A DNA stretch of 63,695 nucleotides, filler included, from Octopus bimaculoides (Eukaryota): NCBI RefSeq assembly GCF_001194135.2. It is 7 parts of 6 records of this genome, joined end to end, with 100 filler letters (N's around TTAATTAATTAA, not from the genome) between each part and the next. Parts side by side here need not be neighbours in the genome. Positions count along the whole stretch, not along the records: positions 46,864 to 54,406 come from NC_069006.1; positions 54,507 to 60,249 come from NW_026436215.1; positions 60,350 to 62,076 come from NW_026384480.1; 4 more parts are not named here. One strand, 5' to 3'. Under the pieces are notes generated by a model that saw only the letters and a program-made list of their open reading frames with translations, did no database searches and was not told the origin of the DNA. The translations under genes were made by a program, and so were the position numbers. The first letter of the stretch is position 1, and every line of letters begins with the position of its first letter. This document shows, one piece after another, positions 47,715-60,700 of this stretch.

Positions 47715-49949
47715 TCCACCTTAACGAAGGTGACCTAGAAAATAAGTACCAAGCTGCAGAAAAAAGCAAGTACTGGAATCAATTTGTTTGACTACACCTT
47801 GATGGTGGTGCCCCAGTATGGCCACATTTCTGTAACTGAAACAAGTAGAAGCTTAAAATAATTTTCATTTTAAAATTTGAAAAGAAAACATTTCAATTTT
47901 TTTTTTTTTTAAGTCCTGATAACAAAATAGAGACCAAAACCCCCTCGTCAAAACTCTCGTTTGTAAATTACACCATTATTCGTTGTAAAACAATAGCAAC
48001 AACAACAGCAACAACAACAGCAACAACAAATAAACAAATAAACGCCCTGTTGTCCGTCAAGAAAAATGAAGACATTTTGTAAACTTCTAACGAAAATTTT
48101 CAGCATAGCAGGACTAATTACTTACAGTTCTTTGAATTTCATACATCTTCCTTTGGTTCTTCTGGTTCCACTCCAACTTCAACCATTCCTCACCCTTTCT
48201 GGGCACCCCCTAATATCCAGCTCTATTTATCTTGTTTGTCTTTATTTTTTTGTTGCATTTTTCTGCATATTATTCCACCATCTTATCACCGCTGCCATCT
48301 CCAACACTCCTGCACCCCTGCATTTAGCATTCTTTCTCCCCCCACAAGACTATAAGAATCTTGTAAGTTCCCTAACCTGTGATTTTTGTTTATTTATTTA
48401 TTTTTTTATTTATTCTTAGTTTGGCTTCTTTTTTTTTATGTTTTTGTTATTTTTTTTTTTGCCCTGAAGACAAGCTTAGCATCAGCCAGAGTTTGTGGGA
48501 GTCTCAGGATGATGATGTCTTCATATTTGTGCACAAACAAAACACATCTGTTTGTGTGTGTGTGCACTTGTGTGTGTGTGCACTTGTGTGTGTGTGCACT
48601 TGTGTGTGTGTGCACTTGTGTGTGTGTGTTTGCACAAAAATCAAGGAGATATAGTAAGGATGTGTCTACATATGCATGTAATTTCCCTATGTAAATGTAT
48701 GTTAATATGTATATTAATACTTTGTATGTTTTTGTGTGTATGCACTTGTCTATCCATCTATCAATCCATCCATCTATCCATCCATCCATCTCCCTCTCTC
48801 TCTCTCTCTCTCCTTCTCTCTCTCTCTCTCTCTCTCTCTCCTTCTCTCTCTCTCTCTACTTCTCTCTCTATATCTACATAGATGCATACAATACTCTCTC
48901 TCTCTTCGTACTCTGCTCTTAGCATCTGATGAGATGGACACGTCCTAAGCATGTCCTTGTTATATATCACTGATCACAGTGCACTTTGCCTTGTTTTAGG
49001 TTTCAAATGATGCCAAACCTACGGGCTAAGTGACCAGGCCAACATTTCATGTGATTGGAAAGTTAGTCTATCACGGGGTGACCCCATTTACATCTGAGTG
49101 GACTGGGGAAACGAAATGAAGTGTTGTACTCCAGAACTCAATGCACTGCTCAGTCAGGGAATCAAACCATGATCCAGCAATCATGAGTGGAAAAAACCCC
49201 AGCCCCTCGGCTACGTGCCTTCATACATACACACACACACACACATGCACAAATACACACACACACATGCACAAATACACACACACACACACACATGCAC
49301 AAATACACACACAAAACCTTTTGTCTTTATGGTCATCATTTCTCTTTCCTTCTCCCCCCCTGTCTCTGTCTCTCCTCATCTCTTGCCTCTTCTCTCTCTT
49401 TCTCTCTCTCCCACTTTCTCCTTTCTTGTGCTTCCCACCCTCTCTCAAACCAACTACCCACACTCAAACCTTTTTCTCCACCCACCCCCACCCCCCGCCA
49501 CCATTCTACCANNNNNNNNNNNNNNNNNNNNNNNNNNNNNNNNNNNNNNNNNNNNNNNNNNNNNNNNNNNNNNNNNNNNNNNNNNNNNNNNNNNNNNNNN
49601 NNNNNNNNNNNNNNNNNNNNNNNNNNNNNNNNNNNNNNNNNNNNNNNNNNNNNNNNNNNNNNNNNNNNNNNNNNNNNNNNNNNNNNNNNNNNNNNNNNNN
49701 NNNNNNNNNNNNNNNNNNNNNNNNNNNNNNNNNNNNNNNNNNNNNNNNNNNNNNNNNNNNNNNNNNNNNNNNNNNNNNNNNNNNNNNNNNNNNNNNNNNN
49801 NNNNNNNNNNNNNNNNNNNNNNNNNNNNNNNNNNNNNNNNNNNNNNNNNNNNNNNNNNNNNNNNNNNNNNNNNNTCTCTCTCTCTCTCTCTCGTACACAC
49901 AGACACACACACACACACACACACACACTCTTGCTCTCTTTCTGACACT

Positions 49950-49997
<48 letters not shown>

Positions 49998-50204
49998 CAC
50001 ACACATACACACAAACGTGCGCACGCACACACATGCTCTCATTCTTTCTCTCACTTTGATTCCTTCTTTCATTCACCTTCTCCCTCACTCTGTTTTCCTT
50101 CTCTCTCTGTCCCCCTCTCTCACACGCACACACACACACTCCCACACAAACATCCACTCACTTTTTCACTCACTCTCACTCGCTCTCACAGAGCCACAAT
50201 CTCA

Positions 50205-50341
50205 CTCACACTCACTCTCTCTTTCCCCTCTTTCATTCACTCTCTCTTTCCCCTCTTTCATTCACTCTCTCTTTCCCCTCTTTCATTCACTCTCTCTTTC
50301 CCCTCTTTCATTCACTCTCTCTTTCCCCTCTTTCATTCACT
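50205..50341. repeat. 26-bp pyrimidine minisatellite (CTCTCTCTTTCCCCTCTTTCATTCA) running into a gap
   Basis: About five direct copies are visible. Confidence 0.9.
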
Positions 50342-50867
50342 NNNNNNNNNNNNNNNNNNNNNNNNNNNNNNNNNNNNNNNNNNNNNNNNNNNNNNNNNNN
50401 NNNNNNNNNNNNNNNNNNNNNNNNNNNNNNNNNNNNNNNNNNNNNNNNNNNNNNNNNNNNNNNNNNNNNNNNNNNNNNNNNNNNNNNNNNNNNNNNNNNN
50501 NNNNNNNNNNNNNNNNNNNNNNNNNNNNNNNNNNNNNNNNNNNNNNNNNNNNNNNNNNNNNNNNNNNNNNNNNNNNNNNNNNNNNNNNNNNNNNNNNNNN
50601 NNNNNNNNNNNNNNNNNNNNNNNNNNNNNNNNNNNNNNNNNNNNNNNNNNNNNNNNNNNNNNNNNNNNNNNNNNNNNNNNNNNNNNNNNNNNNNNNNNNN
50701 NNNNNNNNNNNNNNNNNNNNNNNNNNNNNNNNNNNNNNNNNNNNNNNNNNNNNNNNNNNNNNNNNNNNNNNNNNNNNNNNNNNNNNNNNNNNNNNNNCAC
50801 ACACACACACACTCACACACACACACACACACACACATCGAAACTTTAACAGAATATTCAATCCCAC

Positions 50868-50898
<31 letters not shown>

Positions 50899-51394
50899 CA
50901 GCCACACACATCCATGGATGTTAAAATATGGCCAGAATGTGTTGAGCAAACATGGATGGGCATAGTTGCACATAAACATCCATAAGCACACATATACATG
51001 CACAAATGCAGGCATCAGAATATACGACACACATGCACACACCCACACACGTGTGCATATTCTTGTAGCCATGTAACACGAACGTGCATACGCATACACA
51101 GCAAAATACATCGGTGCATAGAGTTACAGATTGCTTTTTTTTGCAATCCCTCTTTCCACCTGCCCTTCCCTAACGCATGTACCCCATTGCATATTCCCAC
51201 TGACATGGGTACACCCCACCCTTCGAAGATGCACACTTTTGACATGTGCATATTGCTCGCATGCACATCAAGAAGATAAACACAAAGATGCACATGTGCG
51301 CATGCATATGCAGATCTTAATACACACTTAACACAGACTTGTTCATTAATATGACCAATGTGCGGATCTGTATAATCCAGCTTTTATCATCGGG

Positions 51395-51426
<32 letters not shown>

Positions 51427-51558
51427 ATCGATGCTTTCAGAGGTGGAGGCCACACAAGCACATGTACATAATCACACACACACACACACACACACACATA
51501 CATACACATGTTTGCACACATATTTGCACCAATTTTGGCATTTTAAGTCAGAGATGTG

Positions 51559-51609
<51 letters not shown>

Positions 51610-51780
51610 ATCGTTGCTTTCAGAGGTGGAGGCCACACAAACAAACACATGCAGACACTCACGCACACACACATTCATGTTTGCGCATATGTTTACAACA
51701 ATTCTGACTTTTTAAGCGCAAAACTTGACTCTGCGTGTGTGTGTGTGTATGTATGTGTGTGTGTGTGTGTGTGTGCAGGT
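51395..51780. repeat. Two-copy ~190-bp tandem duplication delimited by (GT)n
   Basis: GCATCG.TGCTTTCAGAGGTGGAGGCCACACAA occurs at ~51425 and ~51608. Confidence 0.8.
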
Positions 51781-53168
51781 CTTCATATGCTAACTTGAAT
51801 AGACACGCACACACGTATACACACACATCTATTCGCAGACATGTATGTGTATGTATGCACTTCTACATACGAACATTAGCACATGCATACATTCATACAT
51901 TTGACTCAGAGTGGATTTATTACGTGTGCGTGCACATATACATTCACACATGCATATGTTTGCATACGCCCTAACATACATAGAAATGGCTGCACACAGC
52001 CATCTTTGTTTCAATGTGGATGTACATGCACATTTGTGTTCACATATGCATATGTATATATATATATATGCACTCTTCGTGTGCATGCTCCTTAACACCA
52101 CACAATTCTATACTTTCTGTTCAAGGTTGATGCCTATGTGCTTGTGTGTGACGTGTGCATGCGTATATGCACAGCGTTACATGGAATTGCATTTGAACAC
52201 CATCACATGTCTAAACATGCATTCCCATATTTCAATAAAAATTAAATGTTTACGGAAACAAATTTTGTTGTTTTTTCTTTCTCTCCCCCGCCAACTCTTC
52301 AAGATGTTTTAAAGATGACACCAGCACTGCGTGTATGTGTGCACACATGTGCAAGCATACGTGTGCATACATACATGTGTGTGTACACTTTAATGTTTTC
52401 TCTTTGAACTCCCTGTCCCACTCATCCATTTAAACATGTGCACAGGCATGCACAAATATGCACATACACACACAACATGTGCACATACAGATACACGAAA
52501 AAATCTGCTTTACCTGAAATATTTTGCTAAATCAAACCCTTTTTACGAAAACATGTCTTGTATTATTTATTATTTGCTTTTTTTTTTTTTTGTCCTTTTA
52601 ATTTAAATATCTTTTTAATAACATAGTTGTTGTCAACATTATTATTGTTAGCACGTTGGGTGAAATGCTTAGCAGTATTTTGTCTGTCTTTGTGTTTTGA
52701 GTTCAAATTCCGCCAAAGTCAACATATATATATATGTATGCATATANNNNNNNNNNNNNNNNNNNNNNNNNNNNNNNNNNNNNNNNNNNNNNNNNNNNNN
52801 NNNNNNNNNNNNNNNNNNNNNNNNNNNNNNNNNNNNNNNNNNNNNNNNNNNNNNNNNNNNNNNNNNNNNNNNNNNNNNNNNNNNNNNNNNNNNNNNNNNN
52901 NNNNNNNNNNNNNNNNNNNNNNNGTGGGGTATAGAATATGGAATATACAATATATAATACAATATATAATATAAAATAAAATAAAATAAAAATGGATGGC
53001 ACCATGAAAGAAAGTATTGAATGTAGATGAAATATTGAGTGTTCAATATAAAGGATCAAATATATAAATATATAAATATAAATGTATATATATATATATA
53101 TAAAGGCGACTCGAGTTTCAGGGCTATTTCCCTTCGTCATGGCCGGTATGACAGACTTTAACAGACTG

Positions 53169-53200
<32 letters not shown>

Positions 53201-53422
53201 CCATATATACGTATGTATGCATATATGTATGTATATATGTATGTATGCATATACATATCTATGTATGTATGTATGCATATATATATATATGTTGTTGTAC
53301 TTGGGGATGGTCATATTGCCAGTTTAGCCAATAAAAACACATGCACTGTATATTTGGTGTTAATTTGCTTCAGCTTTATATTACATTATATTACATTAAT
53401 CCTATTTCAGCCAGAGTTGCAA

Positions 53423-53470
<48 letters not shown>

Positions 53471-53719
53471 CATTGTTTTGAATTAACTATGTATTATCTT
53501 GCAGCTTTGAGATTCTAATAACGTGATTGTTTATTTTTACTACGACATTGTTAGGTAGGTGAAAGAGGCCAGATCTGGTTGGTTTGAACATGAACCAGAT
53601 AGAATATTTTGGACCAAATATGTTCAGTTTAAATGTTAAAATTGTCAGATCAGACTATATTCTAACTTTGCAGTATCTTGATATTCTTCTCTTTTTCTTT
53701 TCTCTCGCCTTTTAAAAAG

Positions 53720-53931
53720 TTCCAGGCAAACTCAGTAATTTACGCGCCGAAAAGATCGGTCATGACATTATACTCATCTGGGACAATCCTACGAAGCCTC
53801 ATAGCAAGATTGAACTCTACGAGGTTAATTACTATCCCAGTGACAATCGTAACAATGCATCCACTATCAAGACTGAATTCCAGAATTATACCTTCAAAGG
53901 CCTTAAACGGGATGCCAAATACAGCTTTCAG
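53720..53931 (+). CDS. Internal exon encoding most of a fibronectin type III domain; best resembles the membrane-proximal FN3 of an Eph receptor
   Basis: Long pyrimidine tract plus AAAAAG acceptor (53718-19) and CAG|GTTTGT donor; 212 nt, phase 1 to 0. Reads (V)PGKLSNLRAEKIGHDIILIWDNPTKPHSKIELYEVNYYPSDNRNNASTIKTEFQNYTFKGLKRDAKYSFQ, with the FN3 W, YEV.Y and GL...Y.FQ motifs. The supplied ORF 53678..53986 is the wrong frame. Confidence 0.85.
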
Positions 53932-54044
53932 GTTTGTAATCTCAACCTTTTTTTTATCCCCATTTCATTCAAATGGATCCTCATAATCATTCAATGTTTA
54001 AAAAGTCCTATTGTATTTTAATGATGTAATATTATTCATGTGTG

Positions 54045-54264
54045 GAGGTGCAATGGCCCAGTGGTTAGGGCAGCGGACTCGCGGTCATAGGATCGTGGTT
54101 TCGATTCCCAGATCGGGCGTTGTGAGTGTTTATTGAGCGAAAACACCTAAAGCTCCACAAGGCTCCGGCAGGGGATGATGGCGAACCCTGCTGTACTCTT
54201 CCACCACAACTTTCTCTCACTCTTACTTCCTGTTTCTGTTGTACCTGTAATTCAAAGGGCCAGC
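54045..54264 (+). mobile_element. SINE family D head and body (tRNA-like), fused to a minus-strand family B copy
   Basis: A box TGGCCCAGTGG and B box GTTTCGATTCC. The sequence switches family at GCCAGC|ATGGG. Confidence 0.75.
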
Positions 54265-54506
54265 ATGGGTTGGACGATTTGACTGAGGACTGGTGAAACC
54301 AGATGGCTACACCAGGCTCCAATCTGATTTGGCAGAGTTTCTACATCTGGATGCCCTTCCTAACGCCAACCACTCAGAGAGTGGTTTTACTGCTGCAAAT
54401 ATTTATNNNNNNNNNNNNNNNNNNNNNNNNNNNNNNNNNNNNNNNNNNNNTTAATTAATTAANNNNNNNNNNNNNNNNNNNNNNNNNNNNNNNNNNNNNN
54501 NNNNNN

Positions 54507-54540
<34 letters not shown>

Positions 54541-54604
54541 ATAGAAATAGGTTCAAAAAGAAAATAGAAACTATATATATATATATATACATGCGTGTGT
54601 GTGT

Positions 54605-54812
54605 GTTAAATGAAATGAGACAACAAAGCCAAGGCTGTTTAGAGTTTATAAAGAGAAACAGGACATTTATAAAGAGAAAGTTAGTCTTACAGCTTCGTCT
54701 CTGATTCTGGGATATCCCTAATATCCCAGAAACAGATGTAAGACTAACTTTCTCTTTATAAATGTCCTGAAAATTCCACACAGCCTTGGCTTTCTTGCCT
54801 CACTTATTTAAC
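54605..54812. repeat. ~200-bp foldback palindrome with a perfect 33-bp core stem
   Basis: 54659-54691 is the exact reverse complement of 54737-54769. Further pairing extends inward (TTCTGGGATAT/ATATCCCAGAA) and outward (AAAGCCAAGGCTGT/ACAGCCTTGGCTTT). Confidence 0.92.
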
Positions 54813-55099
54813 ATATACATGCCCATACAATACCTGTATTAGACTCCTTACTCGTATTATTATCGAACCGATATCACTTAAATAGTTTTAGCTGCCATCT
54901 CGGGTCTTCTGAATACCAATACCCCCCCTCTCTCTCTCTCTCACACAGTGTGTTCAGGCTAAGTTAGTCGATTTTTTTGTCTCCTTTCAAGAACAGCTTA
55001 GTGTATTGGAGAAGTCAACGGCGTTGGAAATCATAAACATTTGAAATTGTAACCGAGAAAAACTTAGCTGATATGAAGGATTGGAACCCATCTGAATAT

Positions 55100-55610
55100 T
55101 GTGAAAGAGTTGCTTGTATCACGATGATTTCTGCCGAGTGTCAAAATACCGACATCATGATTGCTGCTCATTGCACTCTGCGAACCCTGTAAAGGCTGCA
55201 AGACGTGACCTGGACATCTGCAACGAAGACTTGGAAGCCGTGGCCAGCAAGAAGGGACACAGCAGGCGTTCTGATCGTGTCGGTATGCCGGAATTCATCC
55301 AAGGTTCAATTCAAACTGCTATGTGAAGCTGCTGCGAGGTCATATTATGTGACAGCAGCATTTGGCTCCTGGCCATACACGCGGAAAGAGTTTGAAATGG
55401 TTTTCAGAGAATTTCTACGACTTCACCAGCCCCGATTTGTAATCCCATGTGTGGGCTGCGATTGGAAATAGTCTCCAACTGCTGTACCTGTAACACCAAG
55501 GCTGAACTGGTGGCCAAGATCAGGGATACAGTGGCAAATGTATACGCCAGGTTCTGGGATGATCTTGAGGCCGTGAGGGAAGCTGTAGGTGGTTAGGTTG
55601 ACTAAACTGT
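55100..55610 (+). mobile_element. IS630-Tc1-mariner (maT/DD37D-like) transposase remnant, internally deleted
   Basis: QQHLAPGHTRGKSLKWFSENFYDFTSP...PD(C)NP...CNTKAELVAKIR...LEAVREAVGG*, plus an N-terminal NEDLEAVASKKGHSRRSD segment. Confidence 0.7.
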
Positions 55611-55989
55611 TATTTCCTTCTGCCGACCATAACCCAGTTGAGATTCTTTCGTTTCTTAAAATGCATTTACTTTTGTATGGGACATTGTTTTGTTTTCCTT
55701 TTATGCAAACTGTCAAATTTTGCTTGAACACTGTACACATATGCACGCACGCACTCACACCCATGCATGTGTGTATGTCTGTATGTATGCACGCATGTAT
55801 GTGTGTATGCACGCATGTATGTATGCATGTACGACATAAAGAAACAGACGTCCATTGGGCCCAGTAGATCTGAAGAGATGTGATCAAGTGAAACGCATCT
55901 CATTGTTGATGATTTGTGAGAGTTTCAGCCCAGTCAGGGTCCGAGGGATACAAGCTCCAATGGTATCTTAATCGATTCTGCTGGTGATG

Positions 55990-56570
55990 AAGACCTTTGT
56001 CAACTTGGATACGGTTAAAACCTTTGCCTAGGGTTGTATGTTTTTCATTGCAAGGAAGACTGAAGACATGACCATCAACAGAAAGGAAAGCCACCTGTCA
56101 TCTGACAACGATAGCACACAACTAAAGAAGGTTATTGACTTGAAGTATCTTACATCCTGTTTTAATGACAGTAAGACTTGTCGACACACAAGGGACATGC
56201 CTGGATTACCTGTAACAAACTTCAAACCAGCTGGTAACCTAACATTCCCAAATTCAACAAGGCTGGCCTTCTTCATGGTAAGTGGGTTTGGGAGGCCGAG
56301 AGAAAGGAGTTTCAAGATGGCTTAGCTGCTACACCAGGTTTCCCATAAGATCCAAAACGATTTAGAACGTGAGTACAAGTCCAAAGAGACGTTTTGTGGA
56401 CACATTCCGGCCATCACTACAGTTTTTACTAAACGCAGGCGCCACTGTTATGGGGTTGAATCCCAGGCCATACGAGATATTATATTTTAGTAACTTTTGT
56501 ACGTTGATAAAGGGTGAAACACTACTCAGCTACACCGAAGGCTAGCAGGACGAGACTTCGAACTCACTGT
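55990..56570 (+). mobile_element. RTE/RTEX-like LINE remnant (RT thumb and C-terminus)
   Basis: RKTEDMTIN...TQLKKVIDLKYLTS resembles KKTEYM...LKKVDDFKYLGS, followed by GHAWITCNKL and GHIPAITTVF...HC. Confidence 0.6.
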
Positions 56571-56582
56571 CACCACTCTTCT

Positions 56583-56646
<64 letters not shown>

Positions 56647-57712
56647 TTGGATTAGCTTTTATAAATGTATAGGGTTTGTGTGAGTGTCGGAATGCAGAAA
56701 ATGAAACCCGTACTCGACAAGTACTGTACTCTGATTAAAATAAAGGTCATACTAGAGTGATATGTAGTCGAAGTGGTCACAGATGACCTGGGGCTGAACA
56801 ACCAAATCCATAGCCACGTAACTCCCTCTGCAAACCACCACCACCGCTAACAACAACAATAAAACGCCGCCACCATTATAACTTCGAACTCCTTTACAGT
56901 AATTATAGCCACAACGTTACAACAACAACAACAAAGCGAACAATGATTACGTTACAACCACCACCTCCACTATGTAAAAAGCTGAACAAATCCAGTTTAA
57001 GTGACTCTGTTTCTCCTCCCATCTTTCAATCGAACCACGCCCTTCTTTCACGGCCTCTTTTTATGCGACTCCATTGCTTTTTCTAATTCAATTGTATCGC
57101 ATCACTGACGCCACGACTCCTACTGCTACCGCTGCCACTACTGCTATTTCTCATCTTGCTACTATTACTACTAATGGGGTTGTTAGGGGTGGTGTGGTTG
57201 GTCGAATCGTTAGAGCATCGGGCAAAATAACTTGCGCTATTATTTCCGGCTTTGTATGTTCTCGGTTCAAATCCAAACGAGGTCAATTTTCATTTTTACT
57301 GGGGTTTTTTCCAGATCGATAAACTAAAGTAGCGGCCATACACGAAGCAGAGGGAGTCAAAGTTATTGGTATAAATTTCTTTAAATCCTTAAATTTTCAC
57401 GTCTTCTATATCTGTGTATGTCAGCCCTTTTAATGAACAGGATTTTGAAGAAATAAATGAAACGTCATTGAAATGGTTTTAGGGTTGGTGGAAGAAAGTG
57501 ACTCGCTCATGATATCAATAGTGGATAAACATATGCTCTGTGTGTGTGTTGAGTGTACAAACAGATGTATAATTGCTACTGTTATGTTGAGAGCTCCACG
57601 TAGATCATCATCGTCCAGTCTGCTTCCAGTTTAGTGGTTTGGTTATTCATAAATTTAGTAGTATTACTCGTAACGAAATACAGAACAAGCAAGTATAGGA
57701 AGTATCAAGATA

Positions 57713-57874
57713 CAGGCGTGGCAGTGTGGTAAGAAGCTTGCTTCCCAACCACATGGTTCAGGGTTCAGTCTCACTGTGTGGTACCTTAGGCAAGTGTCTT
57801 CTAGTATAGTATAGCCTCGGGCCGACCGAAACCTTGTGAGTGGATTTGGCAGACGGAGACTGAAAGAAGTCCAT

Positions 57875-57910
<36 letters not shown>
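57713..57910 (+). mobile_element. SINE family A 5' half
   Basis: Family A head and body ending in a (GT)/(TA) tract. Confidence 0.78.
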
Positions 57911-57911
<1 letters not shown>

Positions 57912-58892
57912 AGGGATACCAAAAGTGGGACAAGAACGCAAGCCTGACCTTTCTTTCTTGGTTCGACTACCATTCGTGCAACATCTATATTCCTCCCTAT
58001 CCATGTCATCTCCTATGTCCCTGCCGTAAGGCTTCACTTCCACACACCAGCTTAATTTAATTTAATTCGTCTTTAGTCAAAAGACACCTGTTGTTAATGT
58101 CCTTTATTTGCATTTGTATTTGTGTACTATTTCTCCGTTTTTTTTTCCGTCCTTNNNNNNNNNNNNNNNNNNNNNNNNNNNNNNNNNNNNNNNNNNNNNN
58201 NNNNNNNNNNNNNNNNNNNNNNNNNNNNNNNNNNNNNNNNNNNNNNNNNNNNNNNNNNNNNNNNNNNNNNNNNNNNNNNNNNNNNNNNNNNNNNNNNNNN
58301 NNNNNNNNNNNNNNNNNNNNNNNNNNNNNNNNNNNNNNNNNNNNNNNNNNNNNNNNNNNNNNNNNNNNNNNNNNNNNNNNNNNNNNNNNNNNNNNNNNNN
58401 NNNNNNNNNNNNNNNNNNNNNNNNNNNNNNNNNNNNNNNNNNNNNNNNNNNNNNNNNNNNNNNNNNNNNNNNNNNNNNNNNNNNNNNNNNNNNNNNNNNN
58501 NNNNNNNNNNNNNNNNNNNNNNNNNNNNNNNNNNNNNNNNNNNNNNNNNNNNNNNNNNNNNNNNNNNNNNNNNNNNNNNNNNNNNNNNNNNNNNNNNNNN
58601 NNNNNNNNNNNNNNNNNNNNNNNNNNNNNNNNNNNNNNNNNNNNNNNNNNNNNNNNNNNNNNNNNNNNNNNNNNNNNNNNNNNNNNNNNNNNNNNNNNNN
58701 NNNNNNNNNNNNNNNNNNNNNNNNNNNNNNNNNNNNNNNNNNNNNNNNNNNNNNNNNNNNNNNNNNNNNNNNNNNNNNNNNNNNNNNNNNNNNNNNNNNN
58801 NNNNNNNNNNNNNNNNNNNNNNNNNNNNNNNNNNNNNNNNNNNNNNNNNNNNNNNNNNNNNNNNNNNNNGACGGAGACTGAAAGAAGTCCAT

Positions 58893-58929
<37 letters not shown>

Positions 58930-60063
58930 ATTTTAAATAATTATGTTCTCTAACCGGCAACATCCACTGCCGTGAATTATCTTCTGCAGAACTGCTTCCG
59001 GGATTTAGCGCGCCAGAGTTGAGTCATTTGTAATCGGTAGAACTGTACGCACGTAAAACTTTATGAAGACAATTTGTGTATAGTTCTGCATATTATATTG
59101 AATTAGAACCGTCGTACTGACGAGCCACGAACGTTTTTACGTAAGTAAAAAAGAGTTTAATGGCGAAACCTGGTCTACGGTTAATTCTTTATTTTGCATA
59201 TGTTCATTTGTCTTGCCCGCTTATGTTCTGGTGTTTGCTGAATTTTTTTCTGGAGAACATTCTTTTCTTTGTGGTTAGATCGTAGTTGATCTTTTTCTAG
59301 CATATCGGATGTCCACTTAGTGGTCATCCCTTCTTATACGCATATGTATATATATATATAAACACACAAATAAATAAAACTACATGTATATTTAGACAAA
59401 TTCGACAAATAATCGCACACTTACATACTCGCGTGTGTGTGTGTGTGTGTGTATACCTGTGTGTTCGCGCCCTGTTCTTTATGCTAAAATGTTTTCGTTA
59501 AACACATTGTTGTCTAATCGACATTATATTAGCTTCTTTTAAACATTTCTTCTCCTTGAATTTCCCCCCCGCTCTCCCTCCCCCTCTCTCTCTCTCTCCG
59601 TAACCGCCTCTCACTTCTCATCTTCACCCCCACCATCACCACCATTGTTAATGCTGTTCTCTTCTTTTAACCAATTTGTAAAGCCACCTTCGCCACCGCC
59701 GTATTTCCTTCGCCCACCCCTCCTCACCCGATTCATCTCAGTAGCGTCACCTTTTTATTATTATTATTTATTATTAACAATGCAGCGTTTTCTTAACATC
59801 GACCACTCAGCTAGAAAGAGGGAGTGGTACCTCTTCATATTGATTGTGTTACTGCTTATAGTTGTTACTTTTACCACCACCGTCACTACTAGACTGTTTC
59901 TCTCTCACACACACACACCCACAAAGACATTCAGACGAACTGATAGAAACGCAGGCGAACACACATACATACGCGCGCACACAAATATATGTAGACACAC
60001 ATACACACACAATTCGAGTGTCGTGTGTGATGAAGTCTTTACGTGTACAAAACATAAATGTAT

Positions 60064-60107
<44 letters not shown>

Positions 60108-60159
60108 CACACGTGTGCGTGTACATATACAAATACATGTATTTACAAATATACGTGTT

Positions 60160-60201
<42 letters not shown>

Positions 60202-60349
60202 CACACACACACATATACATCTATTGATTTAAACATATATACGCATATANNNNNNNNNNNNNNNNNNNNNNNNNNNNNNNNNNNNNNNNNNNNTTAATTA
60301 ATTAANNNNNNNNNNNNNNNNNNNNNNNNNNNNNNNNNNNNNNNNNNNN

Positions 60350-60391
<42 letters not shown>

Positions 60392-60530
60392 GTTAGTGTG
60401 TTTGAATATAAAGGGATATATAATCGTATTAATTGTTGTATAAATATAATAATAACAACAACAATAATGTGATATAATGTATTAAACATACATGTATATA
60501 TATATATGCAATGAAATAGTTGAAGCTTAC

Positions 60531-60700
60531 CTGAAGAAGTCTGTCCGACAGTAAAGCCTCCCATCTCGTGAAAAACATTTCTCCGTCAGATTACATTTAC
60601 AATCATAACACTGGACACATTTTGCATGCCACGCTCGATCGAGCACATTTAAGAGGAATCGGTCCAAAATCGGGCGATCGCACCCTGCACATTGGACCAT
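60531..60700 (-). CDS. LHX1: First coding exon (LIM1 domain) of LIM-homeobox gene Lhx1/5 (Lim1)
   Basis: Minus strand reads [56 protein letters not shown](R), ending in AG|GTAAGC (phase 2, 170 nt). Nearly identical to vertebrate Lhx1/Lhx5 [57 protein letters not shown]. Absent from the ORF track because it is under 60 aa. Confidence 0.96.

Noticed and set aside
54047-54125. tRNA gene
   Set aside because: Has A and B boxes but no proper acceptor stem and continues into a SINE body; it is a SINE head.
57853-58928. Identical ~60-bp SINE end on both sides of the 58155-58870 gap (similarly 44360-44485 around a 10-N gap)
   Set aside because: Could be a tandem duplication, but overlap or mis-join at contig ends is more parsimonious.
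43607-60700. Apparent nesting or interleaving of the transporter, FN3 and Lhx1/5 genes; hairpin 54605-54812 as an editing partner of the FN3 exon
   Set aside because: Each lies in a different linker-separated piece, so adjacency is artificial.
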